From the NCBI RefSeq assembly GCF_041956535.1, contig NW_027192226.1:1-64000 (forward strand): DNA of 64,000 nucleotides, written 5' to 3'. Below the pieces are notes generated by a model. The model was not told the origin of the DNA and ran no database searches. It saw nothing but the letters and a program-made list of their open reading frames with translations. Of the stretch, positions 24,887 to 34,397 are shown one piece after another; positions within the stretch are counted from its first letter, which is position 1; each line of letters begins with the position of its first letter. Source of the stretch: Calcarisporiella thermophila CBS 279.70. Its lineage: Eukaryota; Fungi; Calcarisporiellomycota. The translations under genes and the position numbers were made by a program.

Positions 24887-25381
24887 TTAGGGTTTTCCGG
24901 TGCCAAGTGCCCATTTTTGAGCCTTGGCTTGAGGATTGGAAGGGGGAGTCCATTTGGTGAAAAAGATAATAGGATTCCCGGAAGTCACCCCCTGTCCCTT
25001 AAGATCGACTACATGTTCTTTGTGATGAGCCAAATAAATAACGTCGCCATCGTAGCTCCACTTCTGGTAGGTCGAGTTGGGATCAGCTTTCGCGAGAATC
25101 AGAGGAGTGTAATCAGTAAGATCATTGTTTTTCACACTCAAAACCCGATTGGTTTCAACATGTTGAACATATCCATTCTGGCGATCATAAGTAAATTTCT
25201 GCTTGGCGCTACCAGTGGTATCAAATTCTCGAGCTACTACCGTAATGAGCTGATCAATTGGGACTTTCCACGGATCGACGTCTTTAGGGTATCCCAGATA
25301 GACCTCTCCGTCCTTATATTTGACCCAAAAATTTTCTCCAGCAGGAACCTCTTCGAAGCTGTTAAAGTTAAGGGTAGGCAT
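24887..25381 (-). CDS. Ricin-B (beta-trefoil) lectin-like protein without signal peptide, 164 aa
   Basis: Three QxW/QxF motifs (AKQKF, TYQKW, KAQKW) with VLSV and VVDLKG strands. ATG at 25381 is preferred over the upstream in-frame extension. Confidence 0.8.
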   Translation of the reverse strand: MPTLNFNSFEEVPAGENFWVKYKDGEVYLGYPKDVDPWKVPIDQLITVVAREFDTTGSAKQKFTYDRQNGYVQHVETNRVLSVKNNDLTDYTPLILAKADPNSTYQKWSYDGDVIYLAHHKEHVVDLKGQGVTSGNPIIFFTKWTPPSNPQAKAQKWALGTGKP

Positions 25382-26535
25382 GGTTACGATCGAAGAAAAA
25401 CCTGGTGCCTTAAAATGAGTCTTTCTCGTATTGATATCCCAACATGTTATATGAAATCCATCCTTTATATAAGTGCGATGTAGAGAAATGAGGTGAGAAA
25501 ATCGGAATATTTCGTATGCCATAATTGCACAATTTGCCTAGTCAGATATCTTTTAACTTTTAAAAAAGAAATATTTATAAACTATAAATAATTAAAATTT
25601 TCTTTAATTGCTATCCGCATATCCGGTTAACGAAGCAAACTATTCAAATTTCAAGCTAAGACAACCTAGAAAGATAATATGGAGTAATAAGTCTAAGTGT
25701 AGAAGAAGCATCCGCAAAGGCTGCAGGTGAACTTAAATCCAAGAATATTGGAGTATGGCGGAATAGCGTGTGAATATTCGTTTTTCCAGCTCGTAAACAT
25801 GCAATACCTACAATAATACTAAATCGAAATCCCTCATATTTTAATCATTTGTAGTGCATTGAAGAGAGTGGACGAAGAAAACGTTGAGATGGAAAAATTT
25901 TCTATTAATCTAAACGATTGATCAATGCTTAGAATTTAAAGAAGTTGCTAATAATTCAGTCTTATTATCACAGACTTGCATGTTTTATGATCAATTCCTT
26001 CAAATACTAATATTGAAGCAATTTCCCACCATTCCCATGTCAACCTATATACTTGCATTGCATATGTTAAATCAGTAAACCATGTAGGTTAACTTATTGT
26101 TTGGCTTTGTTTGCACGAAAATTGCAAAATATCTAGCAATAATCTCTCGCAGGATGGCCCAATTTGTGCAGGCTATTGTGTATCTCGAGCTCACACCAAT
26201 TCTAATGACTATTTCTTCCCACATCTGTATTGCATTATCTTTCGAAAGAAAATATAACGCTCTAACCATTTTTTTTAATTAGGCAACATTGAGCTACAAT
26301 TCCGAACAAATAGCCATTACTACAGGGTTCCAAGGGCTGAAAATCAGGGTTATACCTTTGTCCGGAGGGTTTGTGATTCTCAGATTGGAATATTCCCAAA
26401 ATTTCGGGTCTCTTGGGAAAACTTAGATCAATAGCATTTGTGTGAGAATATATTGCACAATTCTTCAATAATTTGCGAATGAATATTCACGAGGTAATAT
26501 ATTGCATTAGCCTTCACTAGTTCGGCCAATGCCCT

Positions 26536-27570
26536 TTAGGCATCGTGCCCAAGTTGCATTCGCTGGATGGTGTTTCGTCGCAAAGGTATACCCTCCGGAA
26601 CGTTAACCATTTCGGCTCGGTGATAAAATCGTTCGAAGGTTGTTGCTGAAGTCCAGTTAGCTGCTTTAAGAATTCTATCTAAGGGTACCCCTTGCTGCAA
26701 TGCATGAGAGGATGAGGTGCTTCTAGTCGAATGGGCTGTTGCTAAGATGTTCGCTTTCGCTAAGATGTCTGTTATCCACCTCGCTATCGTGTCTCCCGAT
26801 GCTGGCGTTGGTGGTCTCCTCGCCGTAATGAAAAAGGTAGGGAACTCGTCGTAATCTGGAGCAGCATTCCTGGCGCGTTCAATGTATAGATGAGTTGCTC
26901 TAACTGGGCACAGCTCTGGATCTTCCGTCATCGCCCATAGTCGGATTGTTTTTTCCATTCCTTCCTTGGGTTTGATGGCTGTCAGCTGCATACCCGTCAG
27001 TCCGTTGTCGTCATCCCGGGTGAATTGGACTTAGGTGGTATTCTTGCTAAATCAGATCTCGGCTTCCAGACGGTTGTTAAAGCAAGCAGCAGGGCCACTT
27101 TTTGCCCTAGTCGTGGTAGCGGTGTATCAATGGTCGACGGGATAAGTGTCAAATTCTCAATCGCTTTTTGAACGTTCCAAAATGGGGTCTTCTCCTTAAA
27201 GTGTCGAGTGTTTTCTCTAGCTCCTCTGATGACTCTTTGGATCACCTGTTGGTCCGCCAGGGAGGTTCTATTTGGATGCAATATTTGCCAAGTGCGGGAT
27301 ATTGCCGTCTTATAAACCTGTAGCGATGTAAAACGATGCGTTTCACTCATTGCTGCTAGGTATTCTGTGGCCGTGGCCAAATCATAGCTGCATGGATCTC
27401 TACCGTTCTCTGCGCACCAAGTAATGTATTTCTTCCACGCCGAAGCATAATGCTTCCCAGTAGTTGTCCTTTCTGCCTTTGTGATGAGTTCGATAGCTTT
27501 CTCTGGAAAGCCCTGTGTCTGGAGGGCACCCCTGATAATTTCCAGGCGATTACTTGTGCTGGGTGCCTCG
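26536..27570 (-). pseudogene. DIRS tyrosine recombinase with a frameshift near 27025
   Basis: SAM-like N-domain (HYASAWKKYITWC), WKPRSDLAR, LCPVRA...Y, AHSTRS (HxxR) and ANWTSATTFERFYHR, split between ORFs 26997-27890 and 26536-26991. Confidence 0.88.
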
Positions 27571-29514
27571 GGAGTGTTGTTGGTGACGATAGTTGTTGCA
27601 TGTTGAGAATTATTGGAGAATCGATAGTCATTTCCAGAGCCTGCGCTATCCAAGGCTGGGTCGTCCAGTTCGGCGTAATTACTACTATCTCCTCCATTCG
27701 TCTCATCGAGATTTCTCGGAGTAGTCTTGCAAGCATTATCCAGGGTGGGTTCGCGTAGGCTCCTCTCGACGGCCAACGTTGAGCAAATGCGTTTGTTGCC
27801 TCTGCGTCCGGATCTGGTCTCATGCTGTAAAACCGTTGGTGTCTCGTATTGACTCGCGTCGCGAACAAGTCTATTGTTCTCTCCCCCCATCTCTTGTTAT
27901 TAGATTCCATGCCTCGATTGGGAGTTGCCAGTCGTGCTGCGAGTCTTTCCTCCTGCTCTCCGCGTCTGACCTTTCGTTTTGACTTCCCGGAAGATATTCT
28001 GTAGTCAGATAGATATTGTGCTTGATACATATCTCCCATTTTTTCGTTGCTATGTTGAGGAGCGGAAGACTCTTCGTGCCTCCCTGATTCTGGATGTACG
28101 CTACCGCTGTGGTATTGTCTGTTCGTATGCGTATGTGTTTGTTTTTCCACCACTTGTGATGTAACCTCAGCGCGAACAATATTGATCGGAGTTCCTTTTG
28201 GTTCGACGAGGCTGACCTTTCCTCCTTCGTCCATCTCCCGTGAGTCGTAAGGTGTGAGCTCACCATTCCCCAGCCTGTTCCAGATGCAACCGTTGTTATG
28301 TTTATCGTCTCGTCTGGTGGCGGCATCCTTATCGGCGAGCCGTTGTGAGCGTCGAGGAGGGTTTTCCAATTGATTAGCTCTTCTGCCGTGTCTTTGGTGA
28401 GCGTTATCGTCTTTTCCCATCCCTGCTTGGTTCTCTGGAGATGCTTTGCTAGGTCCCTCTGTAGGAATCTCTGGTATATGAATGCTGGCTGTATTGCTGG
28501 TGCTGTCGATGCCAGGAGTCCCGCTAGCGATGCTATTAGCCTCGCTGTTCTCGTCCTTGTCGTCGCCAGTTTGATATCTTGTTTGATGCGGGCGATCTTT
28601 TCCTTTGGTAGCGTAATTTCCATCGTTTTTGTGTTGATCACGAAGCCTAGGAAGGCTTGGGTTTTCTTTGGTGAAAGGTCTGACTTTTTCTTGTTGATCA
28701 GGAATCCCAGTGTTTCCAGGTGTTCCACCAGAACTTTTGCTTGTTCTCTTGCCTTCTGTTCTGATTGGTGCATCAAGCAGATATCGTCGAGATAGATTGT
28801 CAGACGCATTCCTTGTTTCCTCAGTGGCTCTAGTGCGTCTTTCATCAGTTTTGAGAATATCCTCGGTGCTGACGCTAGACCGAATGGCACTGCTTTGAAT
28901 GAATAGGTTACTCCGCGATGTCTGAACGAGAGGAATTTCCGGCTCTTCTGATGTATCGGTATCGTGAGATAGGCGTTGCTCAGATCGACCTTGATTAAAT
29001 AATCTCCCGGTAGTACCAAGTCCCGTATTGTTGGTAGGCCCTCCATCTTGAAGTGCTGGTACTGTATGTATTGGTTTATCCTTCTCAGGTCGAGTAACGG
29101 TCTGACCTTGGTCTTCTCTCTTTTCGGAAAGAGGTTCGATTAGTGTCCTTCTGCATCTGGTTGCGCTATCTCTACCGTTTCGTCTTTTATGAACCTTTCC
29201 ACTGCTTCATCTAGGAGCTGTAAGTCGTCGTGGGAGAGATGAAATGGCTTTACTTGTTCTTGGGGTGGCATCCTTTCGAATTGTATCCTTACCCCCTCCC
29301 GCATTGTTTTCGTGCTCCAGCTCTTGCCTATTCGCTTTTCCCATTCCTTGGCAAAGTGCTGTGTTCGTCCACCCGGAGGGATTCTCGCCTCTAATTCCCG
29401 GGGAACCTGTTGTTCTGACTCGAGCTTGTGTTTGTTGGGTTGCTCGGCAGGTTGTTGTAGTTGGTGCTGGGCGTGTTGTCGTACCGTTGGGGCTTGGGGA
29501 CATTTGTCCCCCAT
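27356..29514 (-). pseudogene. DIRS pol (RT, RNase H, N6-adenine methyltransferase-like domain) with an in-frame stop at 29140-29142 and a frameshift near 27895
   Basis: RT motifs VDLSNAY, VPFGLASAP, YLDD, FLGF. RNase H motifs TTVASGTGWG (D replaced by V), NQKELR, RTDNTTAVAYI. MT motifs IDLFA and YANPPW. Confidence 0.9.
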
Positions 29515-30320
29515 TGTCCTTTTCCCTGTCTTCCATTGCTGTACCGTCGTCTGCTGTAGTAGCTGGGCTTGCTCTGAGGTCGCGTTCTGTGTGCTTGGTT
29601 GAACAATGCTGCTGCTCTCTCAAGTTCCATGACCTCTCCGATAAACTCTTCTCCAAAAAGATATCTTTTTGATTTTGATTGTACGAATTTTGCATCTCGT
29701 ACCATTCCTTGGGGGAGTTTGGCCACTTTCGCAATTCTTGATCGCCGCTCCACTTTGATCTTTGCCGCAGTGTGGAGGATGAGTTGTATGGTATCCTCGA
29801 GGGTGACCTCAAGTCCTTTTTGCGTGATTCTCCCTTGTTCTGAACCGAGTTTGTTGAGGAGTAATAGGAGGGGTCTTGCAAGTCCAAGGATGTCTTTTTG
29901 GATTTCTGCGAGGTATACATCGAACAGCTGTGTGGGCTTTGAGGTACGATGTTGCCAGAAGTTTTCCAATTGGGGGCTTTGTAGGTACCCTCCTCTCGGT
30001 AGTGGGTATCTTCGGTAAAGTCGTCTTGCTGATTTCCCCGAGAGTAATGAGAGTATGGAATCTTCTGGGAATAGTTGCTTAAGGTTTTCTCGTAAGTCGT
30101 ATGCTCCAGCCTCGCGCGCTTTAATGGCGGCGACCATCTTTTCTTCCTCTTCTTCTTCTGATTCCTCCTCCGTTTCTGGATCAGAGTGGAATTCTCCGTC
30201 ATCCCCGTCGTCTTGTAGTTGGGGTCTTCTGTTGTCTCGTTCGTTTCGTTGTCTACCGAAATACAGTTCCAATTGCTCGATTCTCTCGTGGATTCCTTCC
30301 ATGGCATGCTCATTGCTCAT
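29391..30320 (-). CDS. DIRS gag-like ORF1, 309 aa
   Basis: Open frame upstream of and overlapping pol. It has an acidic N-terminus, a helical core, YLFGEEF and a basic/Asn-rich tail. Confidence 0.7.
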   Translation of the reverse strand: MSNEHAMEGIHERIEQLELYFGRQRNERDNRRPQLQDDGDDGEFHSDPETEEESEEEEEEKMVAAIKAREAGAYDLRENLKQLFPEDSILSLLSGKSARRLYRRYPLPRGGYLQSPQLENFWQHRTSKPTQLFDVYLAEIQKDILGLARPLLLLLNKLGSEQGRITQKGLEVTLEDTIQLILHTAAKIKVERRSRIAKVAKLPQGMVRDAKFVQSKSKRYLFGEEFIGEVMELERAAALFNQAHRTRPQSKPSYYSRRRYSNGRQGKGQWGTNVPKPQRYDNTPSTNYNNLPSNPTNTSSSQNNRFPGN

Positions 30321-31133
30321 ATTTTTCGATTTTTGAAGAGGTGTGGGTTTTTTGAACTTGTTCTTAGCGCACGATTCGGAGGCTTCGAAAAAGCTGAGGA
30401 GAAGGATAAAGAAGAGCAATCCAATTTATATATTTACTTTTCCATACATTGTTTTAGTTTACATCAAAATCAGTTTAAAGACATTCAATTCCAATGGCAT
30501 TTTGTCTAGTTATTTTTCGAATTTTTCCATATTTTATTACGAATAAAGCACGATTTGGGCTCCAAAAGAGCCGATACTATCCAGCTTCATTTCCCTTGGG
30601 CCCTCGCCCAAAGGGAATTATCGATCTATCTTAATATACACTATATTGGGAAAAATATGGAAAATAGCATTTGGAATAGAGTGAATTGTTTTGTTTAAGT
30701 TTTTTGATAAACAATATCAGTGTTCGATCTGTTCTAACTCTCATTTGGTTAAATCATAATCAAACTCACTGATATACTAGAAGGTTAAGATATTTTGCTA
30801 AACATGCAAAATAAACAGATCGAGGTTAGGTCAAGAAAATTTGTAAATGCCAGTCACATCAGATATATTATTAGATTGCCGTGGGATATATCACCTATCA
30901 TGGGTGTAATATCTCAATGCAAGGGCAATTAAATTGCCAAATTTTGGTAGTTGCTGAAACAATTAATGGGCATATATCTATTTGTATCAATTTGCCGTAC
31001 ATTCCATGTCACTTCTCCCCTACACGCGTTATTCCGATACAATTCATATATATTCGCAAATCTTTTCTTGTTAATTAAATTGTAATCTACATTCTCTATT
31101 TTACTATACTATGATGCTTCATTCAACCTATCG

Positions 31134-32171
31134 ATGAAATTCTCCCCTCCATTAATCTGTATCCTCACAGTTTTGAGATTGACTCAAGCCGAGAACCCAC
31201 TCAGCCAGGCATTACGCTCTATTCCTATTGATATTAATCACTATGCACTTGATAGTAGGCAGATATGGGCATGCCAGCAATACGTAAAACTGATAGCAAT
31301 CGCAAAATGCGTAACTATTACGGACAACTTCAAATGCCCAGCCTACTGTAGCGAATTCCCGGGTACGGTTCTCATTGACAATTTCAAATTAGGAAAGGAC
31401 GATATCACAGGGTATATTGCACGCGATGACAGACGTAAAGCCATCGTGATATCTCTTCGAGGGACCTTATCAGCATCAAATCTGGTCGTCGATATGAGGA
31501 TGGATCTGGTTCCTTATCCAAACCCGGCATCAATGGGCGCCAGGGTCCACAAGGGTGGTTTGAAAGCTTCTCAAATATTTTCCAAGAGCATAACTCCACA
31601 GATATGTGAGCTGCTTCGAAGCAATCCCGATTATGAGGTGGAAATTTTAGGACATAGCCTGGGAGGAGGGCTGGCTCTATTATTGGCTTTAAACTTGATC
31701 GAATCCGTGGAAGACCTAGATAAAAACAAGATGGTGGTCGTGACCGTAGGGGAACCTAGAGTTGGAGACAAGAAATTTGTAGAATATTTTGAGAGCTTTA
31801 AAATTCTCTCAAAGCGACTCGTTGGAAGTCTTGACGTGGTTCCGTATTTACCTTACAATTCACTAGGATATTGGGTAAGTCATTAGCTCCTTTATTCAAT
31901 TTTGCTTTTCTAATTGAGTTAAAAGTAGCCGCGTGGATTTGAGATATACTCCAAGAGCTTATTTAACCAAGGTCCCGTTCTTCAATGTCTCGGTGCAGAA
32001 GAAAATGAATGTTCAGGAAAAAAGGATATCTCAACGATCAAGATGCTCTTCTCCATAATTCCACATGAGTCTTGGCATGGAATCAACATGGCTGTATGTT
32101 ACCCGGATTACTTTCGTAACACAAAGCTAATGGATATTTTGGTTCCGAGTAATTTGTATAACCCGTTGTAG
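31134..32171 (+). CDS. Secreted class-3 lipase, 327 aa, 2 exons (31134-31874, 31929-32171)
   Basis: Signal peptide, VISLRGT, VHKG, GHSLGG nucleophile, GEPRVGD, DVVPYLP and a C-terminal His (PHESW). Intron 31875-31928 (GTAAGT..TAG). Confidence 0.92.
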
Positions 32172-32613
32172 AAGAACGAAAATGTATGTAAGTAATAGCC
32201 TACCTCTTCTTAAGCAATCTTTTGTTAATATACAGTTGAATATTCTATAAGTAAATATGACCGTAGATTGTTGACTTTAATATCTCCTTGCAATAACAAT
32301 AACAAAGTTAGAAAATTGAGGAGAAGGTAAAATAAGAAAATATAAATTACTTTAGGTTTACAAGCTGCTTACTATATTTACTCAAATCCAAAATTTCTTT
32401 TAATCTACAAAGTTTTCCATCTCCCAGCAGGAGACTTTTCGACTTGGAATTCGTATTTCATGTAGAATCGAATTGAACCTGATATCGTTTTATAGCGTAA
32501 AAAATTACTTCATTTTGAACACAATTGGCAAAATTAATAAAAATACGTCAATGCAGTCGCAATTACATTTTATAAATCATAAATACTTTCATTAAACTTT
32601 CAAATAAGATAGA

Positions 32614-33429
32614 TTAACAATTGAAACAAAATGACGCATTTATCACAATATTTTTTAAATTGATAGTTGTAGGAGAATTAGGCCACGATGTAGTTGTAGT
32701 TTCTGTATATTCATACAATGATGGAGAGGTTGTTTCGACGACAATATTGCTTGTGGCGGCAAGAGGCTCATCTGTCGGAGTGGTTAGTGGTGGATGAGGG
32801 TACCTATCAGTACCTAATATAAAAGTAGGTGTTCTGGTCTCAATTATTATAACTGCATCAGAAGGCACATCATTAGGAGTATAGAACGGGAGGTTGAAAT
32901 AAGAAGTAAGAGTAATTGTAGGCCTCACACTCATAGTGTATACTGGTATACTACTTAATGCATCTTTTAATGCATCTTTTGGAGTGGTCGGCCTTGATTC
33001 ATTTGTGGTGGATGTAAATGTAAGTGAAGGTGTAATGGTTTTAACGACAGTAAATGCATCAGTTGGTACACCATCAGGAATGCTCAATGGTTGGCCTACA
33101 ACAGAGGTAAGAGTAATTGTAGGTCTCATACTCCCGTAAGTTTCAGAATAGTTGTAGGGTAAATCTGGAGGGGTGGTCAAAGGAGTCCCTATTACACTAT
33201 TGATTGTATATGTTCTTGACGTGGTGTTAAAAGTATAAACATCTGTGGAGGGCATATTGTAGGTAGTCCCAGCTTCAGAGTAAGGAGAGTAGGGTGAGGT
33301 TCTTATGCATTTGACTTTCCTGTTTACGCTTTCATCTTGTTTGTGAAATAGTGAATGGGGTGCTGGATGTGCACTACATAAGCAAGCAAAGATGATCGTA
33401 GTGATTACAAAAAGGCCAGTGTATTTCAT
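32614..33429 (-). CDS. Secreted Thr/Pro/Ser-rich mucin-like protein with internal imperfect repeats
   Basis: Signal MKYTGLFVITTIIFACLCSA and recurring units (R)PT(I/L)TLTS..P(L/F)(T/S)TP.D(V/L)P.DA. Confidence 0.7.
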   Translation of the reverse strand: MKYTGLFVITTIIFACLCSAHPAPHSLFHKQDESVNRKVKCIRTSPYSPYSEAGTTYNMPSTDVYTFNTTSRTYTINSVIGTPLTTPPDLPYNYSETYGSMRPTITLTSVVGQPLSIPDGVPTDAFTVVKTITPSLTFTSTTNESRPTTPKDALKDALSSIPVYTMSVRPTITLTSYFNLPFYTPNDVPSDAVIIIETRTPTFILGTDRYPHPPLTTPTDEPLAATSNIVVETTSPSLYEYTETTTTSWPNSPTTINLKNIVINASFCFNC

Positions 33430-34397
33430 TGAAATGAGATATTGACATATATAATCAAATGCAGATAAAATATATATTGTATATTTAAATGGCTGGAGAT
33501 GAGATAAATACACTTACACATCGGTTTATTTACCCATGCTTCAATCGGATCTTTCACCCTGCTTTATTTTTCGTTTTTAATTAACAATATTAGCTCCAAT
33601 TTCGCAGTAAAATGGCACTTTAAATAAGAGGCGTGAAGTTTAAATTTTGCAATATAAGGATGTATCTATCGGAGATAACAAATACTGTTAAATATTCCTT
33701 TAAACATGAGCTCAACTATGCAAACACATTATGTTAATAATAATTATGAAGCCCCGGCTAAATACTCTATGTCTCCAATAGGTTGGGGATTTTCCCGATA
33801 TTTTTTAACAAACACCCAATCCCTTGAATATAATCGATTTCCATTTAAGTTCTTCGATTTGAAAAGACTTTCATAAGTTCTGTAGGTAAATCAACTGGGA
33901 CTTGGCCTAGTATATTGGTGGCCCATTGTGGTAGGAACGAAAAAATCTTTTGAAAATTTATTAAGCTGAACAATTATATCTGATTGCTGAATATAGAGCA
34001 GTTACAAATTATTAAGGTACGGTTTTTATGGAGTCATGCCTCGAACTGTTTGTTCCAAATATGTACACAAAATGTTCACTATTTTATTTAGCCTATTTTA
34101 TTATGCAAAATATGCAACATGTGAACTTGCGGTTTTCGCAAAGATAGTAGAAATCTTTTAAGCCACTTGAGCCTCAGTTAAAAAATGTTAATGCTAAAAC
34201 TTCTTTTTTGGAACTAACTTTACTAATATAATAGGATGCACGATCAGAGATAAGCGTAAATATAAAAAATAACCACTTCCCATAAAACAATAACGAAGCG
34301 GGGGGATATATATGAAATAGCATGGCATTTAAACAATGTAAATTGAAACAACTCAGGGTGACTCGACTAACATAGGTTTCTTCGTATTACGCTATCC

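Larger units (their letters stand above)
26450..30430 (-). mobile_element. DIRS-type tyrosine-recombinase retrotransposon, near full-length coding region, disabled; ends approximate
   Basis: Overlapping gag-like, RT/RNase H/MT and YR frames in DIRS order, with higher GC than the flanks. Terminal repeats were not identified. Confidence 0.93.

Noticed and set aside
29140-29142. Programmed stop read-through in DIRS pol
   Set aside because: The TAA sits where a conserved Tyr (YSNLF) is expected and the copy has other lesions, so a nonsense mutation is simpler.
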